Shown: one piece after another, positions 39,338-50,098 of the stretch
Numbering within the stretch: the first letter of the stretch is position 1
Layout of the letters: each line of letters begins with the position of its first letter
From: Gemmatimonadaceae bacterium
Lineage (GTDB): Bacteria > Gemmatimonadota > Gemmatimonadetes > Gemmatimonadales > Gemmatimonadaceae
DNA: 64,000 bases
Assembly: GCA_051859245.1 (NCBI GenBank)
Contig: JBHYGA010000006.1
Coordinates: 224,001-288,000 of the forward strand
Direction of reading: 5' to 3'
Made by a program: the position numbers and the translations under genes
The notes under the pieces: model-generated
The model's database searches: none
What the model was told of the DNA's origin: nothing
Seen by the model: the letters and a program-made list of their open reading frames with translations, nothing else

Positions 39338-41061
39338 GGTGTGTCGAGCACCGTGACGCGTATCCTCGTAGTCTTGCCTTCAGGGTTTCCGTTGGCGTTG
39401 AGCGCACGCACCGAGATCACGGCTTCGCCCACCTTGCCCACGGCCGTGGACTGAATCGTGAGAATGCGCGAGCCCTGATTCCACGTGGCGTTGGCCACGT
39501 CCGGGTTGGACGAGCTGATGAGCAGATTGCGGTTGAGTACCGTGGCGCCGTCTGCATCAACCAGCTCGAGCTGTACCAGCTTGCGGTTGTTGGGCAACGA
39601 ATCGTTGATCACAACCGACGTGTCCGATGTGTTGGCCACGAGGATTGAGTCGACTGAGATTGGCAGTACCGTGACGGTGGCGTTGTCGCTGCGGTTTTCA
39701 ACCGAGGCGGTGATCGTGGCGGAACCGGTCGCAATGCCAGTTACGACACCGTTGTTCACCGACGCGGTGGTTGGATTGCTGGTGAGCCATGTGAGCACGC
39801 GATCGGTGACTTCATTGCCGATGGAGTCTTTGACCACCGCGGACAACGTGATCGACTTGCCCTGTACCACACTGGCCTGCGGCGGTGTGACGGTCACTTC
39901 GCCAACGGGGATGCGTGTGACGGTGAACTGTACCGTGTCGGCAGCGCCATCAATGCTGGCGCGCAACCTCGCAGTCCCGAGTGCGAGCGGATTGATCGTA
40001 CCATTGGGACCAATGCTGGCAATCGTTGGTGTCAGACTCTGCCACTGCACCACACGACCAGTGACCGTCTGGTTGAGCGAGTCGAGCAACTGCGCCGAAA
40101 GCTGGCGCGGCACGGCCAATCGCAAGAAGCCAGTGCGCGGCGAGATCACGACGGTCTTAACCGTACGTTCCACCACGTTCACATCGAGAAACGCGTTGAT
40201 CGCAGGATTCGCAGGCGAGGACACCGTGATGCGTGCTGGGCCGACGCGACGTCCGGTGACGACGCCCGTGTTTGATACCGACGCATTGAGCTCGTTGTTG
40301 CTGCTCCAGTCAAGTGCACGGCCGAGCGACTGCAGTACGTTGGACGCCGTGTCACGAAGCGTAACGTCTGGAATGAACGTCTCGTTTACCTGAATGGTCT
40401 TGCTTGTCGGTGCAACCGAAATCGAGCCGATCGGAATTTCGGTGACAGTGACCTGAGCGCTACCTGACACCTGATTCACCGATGCCGTGATCACCACGTT
40501 GCCCGGTGCGACGGCGCTGGCTTCACCCTGCGGCGAGATGCTCACGATGGCAGAGTTACTTGACTGCCAGGTCACGGTGAGCCCAGAGATCGGCGTGCCG
40601 GCGGAGTTTCGCGGCGTGGCCGTGAACTGACGCACATTACCGCGACGCAGCGTCACCGGGCTCGGCGTCACCAGAATACTCGCCGGCGCCTCAGGAATCA
40701 CCGTGACCGTGGTCTCGCCACGCGCGCCATCGGCTTCACCGGCAATGATCGTCTGACCGGGTGCCACGCCAATCACCAGACCGTCACTCGTGATCGTGGC
40801 GATGGTGTTGTTCTGCGACGAGAAACGAATTGTCTTCGATCCAATCGTATTGCCGTCCTTGTCGAACGCCGTTCCCACCACGCGGACGCTCGAGTTCACC
40901 GGCACCTCGAAATTGGTCGGTGCCAGCGAAATGGATTCCGCATCTCGTGTGCGCACGATCAAATCCCGGCAACCACCGAGGGTGAGCATGGTGGAGGCGG
41001 CAAGCACGGCGGCCGCAATGCGGCGGGAGTGCGATGGGGCGAACATGGGCGTGACCCGCAT
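39334..41061 (-). CDS. Big_2 (bacterial Ig-like) repeat lipoprotein
   Basis: Lipobox LGGC; repeated VTW.SSN..IASV...G.V.G...G...ITA units. Confidence 0.88.
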   Translation of the reverse strand: MRVTPMFAPSHSRRIAAAVLAASTMLTLGGCRDLIVRTRDAESISLAPTNFEVPVNSSVRVVGTAFDKDGNTIGSKTIRFSSQNNTIATITSDGLVIGVAPGQTIIAGEADGARGETTVTVIPEAPASILVTPSPVTLRRGNVRQFTATPRNSAGTPISGLTVTWQSSNSAIVSISPQGEASAVAPGNVVITASVNQVSGSAQVTVTEIPIGSISVAPTSKTIQVNETFIPDVTLRDTASNVLQSLGRALDWSSNNELNASVSNTGVVTGRRVGPARITVSSPANPAINAFLDVNVVERTVKTVVISPRTGFLRLAVPRQLSAQLLDSLNQTVTGRVVQWQSLTPTIASIGPNGTINPLALGTARLRASIDGAADTVQFTVTRIPVGEVTVTPPQASVVQGKSITLSAVVKDSIGNEVTDRVLTWLTSNPTTASVNNGVVTGIATGSATITASVENRSDNATVTVLPISVDSILVANTSDTSVVINDSLPNNRKLVQLELVDADGATVLNRNLLISSSNPDVANATWNQGSRILTIQSTAVGKVGEAVISVRALNANGNPEGKTTRIRVTVLDTP

Positions 41062-41303
41062 GCAGGTCTATCCTGGGCTACTGGTAGGGAAGAACGCGGC
41101 GAAGCGCCCGGTCAGGCAATTCTGCCTGGCGACGGCGCACACTCAAAGACGCGCGGGCACGAACGGCGGTAACCGTCACACCACGGGAACAATCTCACAT
41201 ACAATATGAACCTCTCAGTCTACCCGATTGGTCACCAGGAGTTCTATAGCGCTGCTATTACGAAACTCGACCGATCTGGGGCTGTGACAGACGCCACCAA
41301 GGT

Positions 41304-42899
41304 GTGACCTTACGCTACGTGTCTGCCCCTGACGATCCGCTGTCGCCCCGCTCGCCCGCCGCCAGTCGGCGGCTTTGGCGCATCGCCGCCCTTTGGTGGC
41401 TGGCCGGAGCCGTTACACGCGCCGGTCTCGCGCTACTGGTCCCGTTGCTGCCCGACGAGACCTACTACTGGGAGTGGACGCGTCGCCTTGAGGCCGGCTA
41501 CTTCGACCATCCCCCCGGCATCGCGCTGCTACTGGCGGCCGGCACACGCCTCCTGGGTGATACGCTGCTGGGCGTGCGCATCGGTCCATGGGTTGCCGGT
41601 GGCATTGCCCACGCGGCAGTGATCGGGCTCGGCGGGCATCTGGGCGGCCCGAGGGCCGCTGCCCGGGCCGGTCTGCTCATGTTCGTGCTCCCGATCGCCA
41701 CGCTCGGCTTTGTCCTGGCCACGCCAGACGCACCATTTCTGGCCATGCTCTCCGTGGCCTGTCTGCTGCTGATGTACGCGCTCTCCTCGCAAATGCGCTC
41801 GGTTTCGTCGCTGGTGTGGTGGGCGCTCACTGGCGCGGCCGTGGGCGCGGCGATGGTGTCCAAGTACACCGCGGTGCTTATGCCTGGCGCAGTCACACTG
41901 GCCGCACTGGTGCATCCGGCGCTGCGCAAACGATTCGCCGAGCCGGGCCCGTATGTGTCCGTGATTGTGGCATCGCTCGTGTTTGCGCCGGTGGTGGTGT
42001 GGAACTGGTTCTATGAATGGGTGTCGTTTGCCTTTCAGTTCTCGCACGGCTTCACGCCCGCCCGTGGATCGCCGCTGCTGCGCGAGCTGGAATTGCTCGG
42101 CGGACAAATGGGGCTCGCCTCGCCGATTCTGTTTGTGTTGCTCATGGGCGCCGTGTATCTCGCGCTGCGCGACGGATGGGAGGTGCGCAAACGACTGTCC
42201 GCGACGGACATTCTCGCGCGCCGATTTGCGTTGGCGTTCATTGTGATTGTGCCGCTCGGTGTGTTTGCGTTCAGTGCGTGGCGACGCTCTGTAGAAGCGA
42301 ACTGGCCGGCACCGATCTATCCGGCTGCGGTGGCATTGCTTGCGGCGGGTACCGCCAAGTGGGCGTATGGCCGTTGGTATCGCGCGGGCGTTGTGCTCGC
42401 GAGCGTACTGCTCGTTGTCGTGGCGGTGCAGGCGTGGCAACCGGTATTGCCACTCAAGGCACCGCGTGATCCGTTGGCGCGCGCGTATGGATGGGACACG
42501 CTGGCCGCCGCCACACACGCCGCGCGTCGCGATCCGTTTCTTGATGGCAGTGTTGACGTGTGGGTTGCGGCCAATCGGTATCAAGACGCGTCTGAGTTGG
42601 CGTTTCACTTGCCGGATCAGCCCACCGTGTTCGCGCTCAACCTTGCATCACGCCGCAATCAGTACGATCTCTGGGATACCGCGCACGATCGGGTGCGCCC
42701 CGGTGATGGACTGGTGGCGGTGTTCGAAGCCAACGCCAAAGGTGATTCGCTCGCAAGTGTTGTTGGGACCTGGTTCCGTGAGCACCGCGCGGCGAGCACC
42801 GTCGATCTGAAGCGAGGAGACGGTGTGATTACGCAACGTCGCATCTGGGTGTATCGCATTGCGGTGGATATTCCGCCGCTCGGTCGCGAAACGTGGTGA
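41304..42899 (+). CDS. GT39/ArnT-PMT family membrane glycosyltransferase
   Basis: DETYYWEW...GYFDHPP, TPDAP, SKYT, many TM helices. Confidence 0.88.
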   Translation: MTLRYVSAPDDPLSPRSPAASRRLWRIAALWWLAGAVTRAGLALLVPLLPDETYYWEWTRRLEAGYFDHPPGIALLLAAGTRLLGDTLLGVRIGPWVAGGIAHAAVIGLGGHLGGPRAAARAGLLMFVLPIATLGFVLATPDAPFLAMLSVACLLLMYALSSQMRSVSSLVWWALTGAAVGAAMVSKYTAVLMPGAVTLAALVHPALRKRFAEPGPYVSVIVASLVFAPVVVWNWFYEWVSFAFQFSHGFTPARGSPLLRELELLGGQMGLASPILFVLLMGAVYLALRDGWEVRKRLSATDILARRFALAFIVIVPLGVFAFSAWRRSVEANWPAPIYPAAVALLAAGTAKWAYGRWYRAGVVLASVLLVVVAVQAWQPVLPLKAPRDPLARAYGWDTLAAATHAARRDPFLDGSVDVWVAANRYQDASELAFHLPDQPTVFALNLASRRNQYDLWDTAHDRVRPGDGLVAVFEANAKGDSLASVVGTWFREHRAASTVDLKRGDGVITQRRIWVYRIAVDIPPLGRETW

Positions 42900-43279
42900 C
42901 GTGGCTGGCGGTGGCTGCGGGTGGCGCGGCCGGGTCCGTCGCGCGCTACGCGGTTGGTCTCGCGCTGTCATGCACCACGATTGGCTTTCCCGTTGGCACG
43001 CTCGTAGTGAATGTGCTGGGATCGTTTCTCATCGGATTGTTCGCGCGCTGGCTGAGTGCGCCCGGTCTTGATCCGGTGTGGCGCATCGCACTCACCGTGG
43101 GATTCTGTGGTGGCTTCACCACCTTCAGTACCTTCAGCGCGGAACTGATCACGCTTGCCAATGAAGGGCGCGTGACGCGCGCTGCGGTGTATGTGGTTGT
43201 TTCGGTGACGTTGGCCGTGCTTGCAACACTGCTCGGTCTTGCGGCCGGTGATCGCATCTCTGGTCTGATGCGTGCCTGA
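42893..43279 (+). CDS. crcB: Fluoride efflux channel CrcB/FluC
   Basis: GGAAGSVARY, FPVGTLVVN, GFCGGFTTFSTF. Confidence 0.95.
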   Translation: MVTWLAVAAGGAAGSVARYAVGLALSCTTIGFPVGTLVVNVLGSFLIGLFARWLSAPGLDPVWRIALTVGFCGGFTTFSTFSAELITLANEGRVTRAAVYVVVSVTLAVLATLLGLAAGDRISGLMRA

Positions 43280-43351
43280 CGTTGTCCGTGTTGTTGCGCC
43301 TGATTGTGCTTCCGAGATAGCACGCGGTCTTTTCCCTCAGCTCAAGCTCTT

Positions 43352-44746
43352 GTGACTACGGCATCAGTTCCTTCCGATCTTGATCAGTGGCTGCACGCGC
43401 ATCGTGACGAAGCGATGCACGAGCTCTTTGAGTTCTTGCGCATTCCAAGTGTGAGCGCGCGCACGGAGCACCAGGCCGATTGTCGCGCCGCCGCGCAGTG
43501 GTTGGCCGACAAACTCTCGGCATCAGGTTTCTCTACGACTTTGGAAGAAACGCCCGGTCACCCGATTGTGCTTGCGGAATGGCGCGGCGCGGGAAAGGAC
43601 GCACCAACCCTGCTGGTGTACGGCCACTACGATGTGCAACCGGCGGAGCCGCTCGAACTGTGGACGTCGCCGGCGTTCGAACCCGAAGTGCGTGATGGTC
43701 GCATCTACGCACGCGGCAGTGTGGATGACAAGGGTCAGCTTTACTTGCACGTGAAAGCGCTGCAGGCACATCTCGCGGTGCGTGGCACGTTGCCGGTGAA
43801 TGTGATTGTGCTGGCAGAAGGCGAAGAAGAAGTGGGCAGTGTGAATCTCGAAGCGTTTCTTGAGCAGAACCGCGAGCGCCTGGCGTGCAACGGCGTGGTA
43901 ATTTCTGACAGCACGATGTTCGCGCCCGGTACACCGAGCATTTTGTCGTCGCTGCGTGGATTGGCGTACGTGCAGATTGACGTGCGCGGCTCAACGAGTG
44001 ATTTGCACTCAGGGATGTACGGCGGTGCCGTCGTGAATCCGGCCATGGCCTTGGCGCGCATTCTGTCCACCTTGCACGACGAGAACGGTCGCGTTGCGAT
44101 TGCCGGGTTTTATGATCGCGTACAGGAATGGCCCGCGGCTGTTCGCACCCAGATGAAATCCCTGCCGTTCAACGAAGCACACTTTCGCGAAGAAGTGGGC
44201 TCGCCCGCGCTGGGTGGAGAAAAAGGTTACACGGTGCTGGAGCAGCTGTGGACGCGTCCCACGTGCGAAGTCAACGGTTTGCTGAGCGGCTACACCGGTG
44301 AAGGCGCAAAGACCGTGTTGCCCGCTGTGGCCATGGCCAAGGTGAGTTTTCGTCTGGTGCCGGATCAGGATCCGAAAGTGATCGAACAACTCGTGGCCGA
44401 ACACGTGGCGCGCGTGTCACCACGCGGTGTCACCACCACCGTGACTGCGCTGCACGGCGGTCGCCCGTGGCGTTCGGAGCTCGGTGGCCCGCTGCACGAT
44501 GCGGGCGTAGCGGCGCTCGAGGCTGCCTTCGGAACGCCACCCGTGATCACGGGCGAGGGTGGTTCTATCCCGGTGGTCGGTGATTTCGAGCGCATACTTG
44601 GTGCGCCCGTGTTGCTGATGGGATTTGGATTGCCGGGTGAAAACGCACATGCCCCTGACGAATGGATCTCCGAAGAGAACTTTCGTCAGGGGATGCGTGC
44701 GGCCGCCACACTGCTCGACCAATTTGCCGCAGCGGCGACTACTTGA
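43352..44746 (+). CDS. M20 family dipeptidase
   Basis: YGHYDVQP, RGSVDDKG, EGEEEVGS, DLHSG, HAPDE. Confidence 0.92.
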   Translation: MTTASVPSDLDQWLHAHRDEAMHELFEFLRIPSVSARTEHQADCRAAAQWLADKLSASGFSTTLEETPGHPIVLAEWRGAGKDAPTLLVYGHYDVQPAEPLELWTSPAFEPEVRDGRIYARGSVDDKGQLYLHVKALQAHLAVRGTLPVNVIVLAEGEEEVGSVNLEAFLEQNRERLACNGVVISDSTMFAPGTPSILSSLRGLAYVQIDVRGSTSDLHSGMYGGAVVNPAMALARILSTLHDENGRVAIAGFYDRVQEWPAAVRTQMKSLPFNEAHFREEVGSPALGGEKGYTVLEQLWTRPTCEVNGLLSGYTGEGAKTVLPAVAMAKVSFRLVPDQDPKVIEQLVAEHVARVSPRGVTTTVTALHGGRPWRSELGGPLHDAGVAALEAAFGTPPVITGEGGSIPVVGDFERILGAPVLLMGFGLPGENAHAPDEWISEENFRQGMRAAATLLDQFAAAATT

Positions 44747-45173
44747 CGGCGATGACCTTCACGCCGTCGGTTGACGCACCACCGCTCACGTAACCAATCG
44801 CGCCAGGCGTCGACTTCACGAACGCGATGATGTCGGCGTCTGAGTTTTTCACGGCAGGCGGTACTTCCTTGCCCGAAAAGATCTGCTGCTGCCAGAACGT
44901 TTCAACGGCGCCAACCGCGCGGCCGTGAACCGCTTTGCTGAATGCTGCACGCACATCGGAATCCTTGGCCAGGTCCACCGGAGTCACCGTGGTTCCGTCG
45001 GGCAACTTCTTGCTCTGCTTGAGGAAGACTTTCGAAAGCGCCGCGGCCGGCACATCGGATTCCGTCACGCTGCTGTGCGCGATCACTTTGAACGCCTGCG
45101 CGTGCGCGGTGCGCGCACTGACCATCACGACACACGCAACGGCGGCCAGTGCGAACATCTTGAGATGTTTCAT
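44739..45173 (-). CDS. Small periplasmic binding-protein-like (PBP2/PstS half-domain) protein
   Basis: Signal AHA-Q; FW.QQIFSG..PP...VKSTPGAIGYV. Confidence 0.75.
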   Translation of the reverse strand: MKHLKMFALAAVACVVMVSARTAHAQAFKVIAHSSVTESDVPAAALSKVFLKQSKKLPDGTTVTPVDLAKDSDVRAAFSKAVHGRAVGAVETFWQQQIFSGKEVPPAVKNSDADIIAFVKSTPGAIGYVSGGASTDGVKVIAVK

Positions 45174-45189
45174 GGGAGTCAGTCCTCGC

Positions 45190-46347
45190 TTAAAAACTCA
45201 CCGCGACACTGGCCAATGCGTAGAACGCTTTGGCAGCAGGCGCGAGTGATGCGCGGAACGGCGGGCCCGTTGGCGGCACAACGGTCGGCACGGCGGTATC
45301 AAACGCGTAGCCTTCCTGACGATGCCCTTCAAGCTTGAACACGAGACCAGGATTCACCGCCCACGAAGCGCCAACTGCGAAGTCTTTGCTCACGGGCACC
45401 GTGATCGGCTCCACCGGCGACGGCAGGTTGATCAGATTGTTGGACGCTGAGTATTCCACCGCAAGCGTGAGCTTCTCAATCGGCTTCACACCGGCGAGCA
45501 CGTACCAACCGTCGTAGTGACTCTTGGTTGTCGGGTTCTTGCTGTTGAAGCTCGTGTATTCGGCGCGCGCAAAGCCCTTGTCACGAACGGCGTCAAACGA
45601 ATAGAGCGCCGTGGTCGTGCGGCCTGAGCGAGACGCCTTCGGTACGGTCGCGTTCGGTGTCTGCATGTAGTTGTTCACGAACGCACCCAAACGCACGCCG
45701 TCAAGCGGCGTATTGAGCCACAGCTGCGTGCCCACGGAGTTCTCCGCGCGCAACTTGATCGCCTGCGAACCCGTGGACGAAGGCAGCACGGCGCGAATAT
45801 CAAAGCCACCACCAAACGCCGAGGCATCAATGCTCCAGCTGTCGTTGATGTCGATTGATTTGGCGACAACCGCGCCATCGATGTACTCGAGCGTTTCGCC
45901 GTACACCGTCGAACCCACGCGATAGAACGGAAGCAACGTGCCGACAAAGCGCACTTCGTTGAAGACGCCACGCGGCAGTGGATTACGACCGAGTTTTACA
46001 GTGGCGCCGTTATCAAACTTGCGCTCGTAAAACGCCCACACGGCGCCAACGGCAGGCTCCGTCGCAGCCAACGGGCTCGTACCGATACGACGATGCAGCA
46101 ACTGCGTGACCACGCGATCCTTTGACGAAATCTGATAGCCGAGCAGCATGGCAACGGCGCGATAATCGCTGGTGCCGTCCTTGTTGATGCCGAACACACC
46201 CAGTCCATCCGACTTGGCGATTGCGGCATTGATGGAACCGTGGAACGAAAAGCGTTCGTCCTGCGCATGCAGTGACGTAGAAAGCGCCATGCTGGCCGCT
46301 ACGGTGACCGCAGCGAGCGCGGCCACCGGCGAATATTTGATCAACAT
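45190..46347 (-). CDS. Putative outer-membrane porin/beta-barrel
   Basis: Signal LHA-Q, beta pattern, terminal ASVAVSF. Confidence 0.75.
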   Translation of the reverse strand: MLIKYSPVAALAAVTVAASMALSTSLHAQDERFSFHGSINAAIAKSDGLGVFGINKDGTSDYRAVAMLLGYQISSKDRVVTQLLHRRIGTSPLAATEPAVGAVWAFYERKFDNGATVKLGRNPLPRGVFNEVRFVGTLLPFYRVGSTVYGETLEYIDGAVVAKSIDINDSWSIDASAFGGGFDIRAVLPSSTGSQAIKLRAENSVGTQLWLNTPLDGVRLGAFVNNYMQTPNATVPKASRSGRTTTALYSFDAVRDKGFARAEYTSFNSKNPTTKSHYDGWYVLAGVKPIEKLTLAVEYSASNNLINLPSPVEPITVPVSKDFAVGASWAVNPGLVFKLEGHRQEGYAFDTAVPTVVPPTGPPFRASLAPAAKAFYALASVAVSF

Positions 46348-46396
46348 GTTCAAAGTGGTGTTGGGGAGTGTCGTGACGTGCGACGAGCGGGTCTGC

Positions 46397-48544
46397 TTAG
46401 AACTCCGCAAAAATGTCGGTGTCATCGTCAAACGGAATCACGTCGGCGGCATCAGTAGCGCTTGATGTCGTGGCGTGTGCTGCAGCCGCAGCACGCGGCT
46501 TCCGGGTTGTCGCAGCGGCCGCCGGCGAGGCGGCGCGAGCCGTCCGACGTGCGGGTGCAGCCGGCTTCGTCGCCGCTGCAGGTACGTCGGGGCGCGTACG
46601 CGTGGCGCTGCCATTGCGGGCAGTGGACGCGTCCACGGTGAACTGCGACGCCATGTCGTGCATCTCGCCGGCCTGCGCCTGCAACTCGGCCGCGGCACTC
46701 GCCGATTCTTCGGCGTTGGCCGCAACGCGCTGTGTCAGCTGCGCGATCTGCGAAATCGCCGACGTGACTTCCTGCAGTTCCTGCTCCTGCTCACGTGCAC
46801 CATCGGCAATGTTGGCCATCATGGTGCTCGCGCGTTCCACACCCGTGCGAATCTCCTCAAGACGACGGCGTACACCATCGTTGAGCTTCACACCGGTTTC
46901 CGTCTTCTGCACCGACTCTTCAATGAGCGCTGCCGTGTTGCGTGCGGCTTCGGCCGCACGAATCGCGAGGCTGCGCACTTCGTCGGCCACCACTGCGAAA
47001 CCCTTGCCGGCGTCACCAGCACGTGCTGCTTCGACAGCGGCGTTCAGCGCCAGCAGGTTCGTCTGGAACGCGATTTCGTCAATCGTCTTCACGATCTTGG
47101 CCGTTGAGTCGGCCGACTTCTTGATGTCGGTCACCGCTTCGGCCAGCGCCTGCATGCGTTCCACACCCTGCACGGTATCCGTGCGTGCACGCTCCATGGC
47201 AGCACGCGCTTCGTGTGCATCTGCGGCACTCGCCTTGGTGCGTTCACCAACAATCGCGAGACGGTTCGACACCTGATCAATCGAGCCGGCCTGATCCGAG
47301 GCGCCGCTCGCGAGGTCCTGACTGCCAGAGCCAATCTCGGTCGCGGCCGCATTCACTTGCGCCACCGCCGATGTGAGCGAAGCAAACGCTTCACCAATCT
47401 TGGCGAGCGCGGCGTTGAGCGAGTTCTTGATGACCGCGTGATCACCCTTGTAGTCGCCCTGCATGCGCACCGTGAGGTCACGCTCCGCCACGCGCTCCAG
47501 CACAGAGCGCGCTTCGTCGATCGGTGCGTTCACGGCGTCAAGCATGGCGCCCGTGCCAGTGAGTACTTCGGCATACGCGCCTTCAACGCCATTCGCCGAG
47601 GGACGCTTGGCCAGATCGCCAGACTGCACGGCGCTGATCGTGGTGCTGATTTCTCCAACCACGGTGCGCAGCGCGTCTGAAACACGATTCACGTTGCGTG
47701 ACAGCACATCGTGCTCTGAACGCGGCGTCACACTGGCAGCGTTCAGGTCACCCATGGCCAGACGATCTGCCGAGTGCGCGATGTCACCGATGTACGACAC
47801 CATATTGCGGAACGCGTCGGCAAGCGCGCCGATTTCGTCTTTCGACGTGACATCAATGCGCTGCTCAATGCGTCCACTCGCAATTTCCGTCGCCGCATTC
47901 GACAGCTCCCGAAGCGCGCCGAGAATGCTGCGCAGCGTGCCCGCGGCAATCACGGCCAACACCGCGAGTGCAATCACGAGTACAGCGGCGGATCCATACA
48001 GCGCAGTGCTTTGCATGCCGCGCGCCGTTTCAAAGGCGGCGGCGATGCGCTCTTCTTCGGCCACACGACGACTCGCGAGCGTGGCGGCCAGATCACTGTA
48101 CTGCGAGCGCATGGCCTGCATGCCCGAAACCAGATCGAGCTCCATGTTACCGGAGATCATGCCAAGGCTGGTTTCGCGCGCGACTTTCGCATACGCCGTA
48201 AAGACGGCGGTGACGCTATCGATGCCGGCCTGTTCCACCAGGTCGTTGGCGCTCAGCGTGTCGGCGAGCGCGGCGAACTGCGTCACGAGTGAGTCGGCGC
48301 CCGTTGCGGCAGCTTCATCACTCGCACCGACTGCATCGCGTAACGCGCGCTGATAGTTCTCAAGCGAGCGCTCCAAACGCTGACTCACTTGCAACGCGGG
48401 CGAGTAGCCGGTCTGAATGCGGCGCTGTTCCGCCTGCGCGGAGAGGCCGAGTGTCACGACGACACCCAACGTCAGCACGAAGCCAACGGCGGCGACAACG
48501 GGCAGAGCAAGAATCTTGGCGCGGAGAGTCAGATTGCGAAACAT
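46397..48544 (-). CDS. Methyl-accepting chemotaxis protein
   Basis: Two TM helices, HAMP domains, [35 protein letters not shown]-terminal DIFAEF; start taken at MFRNL. Confidence 0.95.
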   Translation of the reverse strand: MFRNLTLRAKILALPVVAAVGFVLTLGVVVTLGLSAQAEQRRIQTGYSPALQVSQRLERSLENYQRALRDAVGASDEAAATGADSLVTQFAALADTLSANDLVEQAGIDSVTAVFTAYAKVARETSLGMISGNMELDLVSGMQAMRSQYSDLAATLASRRVAEEERIAAAFETARGMQSTALYGSAAVLVIALAVLAVIAAGTLRSILGALRELSNAATEIASGRIEQRIDVTSKDEIGALADAFRNMVSYIGDIAHSADRLAMGDLNAASVTPRSEHDVLSRNVNRVSDALRTVVGEISTTISAVQSGDLAKRPSANGVEGAYAEVLTGTGAMLDAVNAPIDEARSVLERVAERDLTVRMQGDYKGDHAVIKNSLNAALAKIGEAFASLTSAVAQVNAAATEIGSGSQDLASGASDQAGSIDQVSNRLAIVGERTKASAADAHEARAAMERARTDTVQGVERMQALAEAVTDIKKSADSTAKIVKTIDEIAFQTNLLALNAAVEAARAGDAGKGFAVVADEVRSLAIRAAEAARNTAALIEESVQKTETGVKLNDGVRRRLEEIRTGVERASTMMANIADGAREQEQELQEVTSAISQIAQLTQRVAANAEESASAAAELQAQAGEMHDMASQFTVDASTARNGSATRTRPDVPAAATKPAAPARRTARAASPAAAATTRKPRAAAAAHATTSSATDAADVIPFDDDTDIFAEF

Positions 48545-48620
48545 GCCGGATACGGGAGAGAGGGGAGCAAGGCACAGCGCAGCGGCCCCGATGTGTGATC
48601 GGGCCCGCGTCCTCCTCTGG

Positions 48621-48647
48621 GTATCGGCGCGTGCCCGCGACTCTTTA
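48621..48647 (-). promoter_or_regulatory. Sigma28 (FliA) promoter
   Basis: Minus strand TAAA-N15-GCCGATAC vs consensus TAAA-N15-GCCGATAA, upstream of the MCP. Confidence 0.8.
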
Positions 48648-48687
48648 GCCGTTGCGCGAATTGCAGACGGGCTGTGCGCACGTCTGT

Positions 48688-48755
48688 GCGGTCGGGCGGT
48701 CGGGCGGGCGGTCGCACGAGCAGTCGCATGAGCAGTCGCACGAGCAATCGCGCGT
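48688..48755. repeat. Short tandem repeats (8-mer x2, then 12-mer x4)
   Basis: GCGGTCGG x2; GCGGTCGCACGA GCAGTCGCATGA GCAGTCGCACGA GCAATCGCGCGT. Confidence 0.7.
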
Positions 48756-48760
48756 GCCAG

Positions 48761-48880
48761 GAGGTCGGGCGGGGACCGGTCCCTCGCGCAGACGGCCGGC
48801 CGGGCGCGCCGGGAGCGGGCGGGGCGCCCGCCCGGCGCTGGCCGACCGATAGCGCGCCGGACCGGCCCCCGTTCGACCTC
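48761..48880 (+). repeat. Dispersed hairpin element copy A
   Basis: Core GGCCGGGCGCGCCGGGAGCGGGCG-ggg-CGCCCGCCCGGCGCTGGCC with 22-bp outer stem. Confidence 0.85.
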
Positions 48881-48994
48881 GGCTGGAGGCGCCACGCCGC
48901 ACGCGAGAGAGTGGCGTCGCTGGGGCTTGCACAAGCCCCCAGCCCCAAGCAAAGCGTTGGCAGGGCCGAGCCGACCCCAGCCCGGCCCCAGACA

Positions 48995-50098
48995 TCAACG
49001 TCGCGGCCGATCGCTCCGAGGGTAGAGAAACGCTGACGGCTCGACGCGCGCGCCCCGCTCGTCGCACACCGCAAACGACGAACCCTCGTAGCACGAGACG
49101 CCCGCGTAGCGCCCGTCCTTGGTGACGGCGTAAAAGTCGAGATCAAAAAACGGTCGGCCGCGCGCGTCGAGCAGCCGCGATTCCGTCATCGCGATCACGC
49201 GCTCCACCACCTTGAGCAGCGCTTGCTCGGGCGACAGCCCCTGACGCATGAACTCGACCGCCAGGAACGCGCCGCACACCTTGATATTGGCTTCGCCTCG
49301 CCCCGTGGAGCCGGCCGCGCCCACGGTGTTGTCGCAATACTGGCCCGCGCCAATCACGGGCGAATCGCCCACGCGGCCAGGGACTTTCCACGACATGCCA
49401 CTCGTTGTGGTCACCGACGCGATATCACCGCTCGCCGTGACGGCGTTCATGTTGATCGTGCCGGTGTGGAACTTGATGTTCACGTTGCCGTCGTAGTCGA
49501 GCCACGCGTCGTTGGCGTTCAGTCGCGCGCGCCAGCGCAGCCAGTCCTGGCGACTCTTTTCGGTGAGCAGATTCTGCGGCGTGAATCCCATTTCGAGCGC
49601 GAATCGCTTCGCGTGCGAACCAACCAAAAAGATGTGATCGGTGTAGTCCATTACCGCTTTTGCCACGAGCGACGGTGTGGCGATGTCCTCAATGCAGGCC
49701 ACCGCGCCGGCCCGCCGCGTGGGGCCGTGCATGCATGATGCGTCGAGCTGCACCACGCCCTCGGCGTTGGGCAGGCCGCCCAGCCCCACGGACTGATCGT
49801 TCGGGTCGAGCTCCTGAATGTTGACGCCGGCGATAATCGCGTCGAGCGGATCGGTGCCCGAGACAATCTGATCGTAGGCCACCTTCACCCCCCGAATGCC
49901 GTTCGCCGAGCCCACCACGCAGGGACGAGCGCGCACGACCGCGGGCCCGGGCGACATGCGCAGCGACGGTTCCTCCGCCCCCAGAGCACGCGGGAGGAAG
50001 CCGGCGGCGGCCAACGCGGCCGCTGTTTCAAGGAAATCGCGACGATTCTGGGACACGGGCGGCGGGGTGGTGAGGAAAGAGGGTCGAGCGGTCGACAT
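48995..50098 (-). CDS. N(4)-(beta-N-acetylglucosaminyl)-L-asparaginase family (Ntn hydrolase), Tat-exported
   Basis: NRRDFL signal; SVGLGGLPN, LDASCM, TGTIN, TTTSG, GRVGDSPVIGAG, TGRGE. Confidence 0.88.
   Translation of the reverse strand: MSTARPSFLTTPPPVSQNRRDFLETAAALAAAGFLPRALGAEEPSLRMSPGPAVVRARPCVVGSANGIRGVKVAYDQIVSGTDPLDAIIAGVNIQELDPNDQSVGLGGLPNAEGVVQLDASCMHGPTRRAGAVACIEDIATPSLVAKAVMDYTDHIFLVGSHAKRFALEMGFTPQNLLTEKSRQDWLRWRARLNANDAWLDYDGNVNIKFHTGTINMNAVTASGDIASVTTTSGMSWKVPGRVGDSPVIGAGQYCDNTVGAAGSTGRGEANIKVCGAFLAVEFMRQGLSPEQALLKVVERVIAMTESRLLDARGRPFFDLDFYAVTKDGRYAGVSCYEGSSFAVCDERGARVEPSAFLYPRSDRPRR

Noticed and set aside
48688..48755. CRISPR array
   Set aside because: Units are 8-12 bp, contiguous and without spacers; no cas genes
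48545..48952. Long N-terminal extension of the MCP ORF (similar extensions on dacB, the methyltransferase, collagen 1 and the PEP-CTERM gene)
   Set aside because: Open frames through GC-rich repeats or neighbouring genes; the sigma28 promoter and signal/TM positions indicate downstream starts
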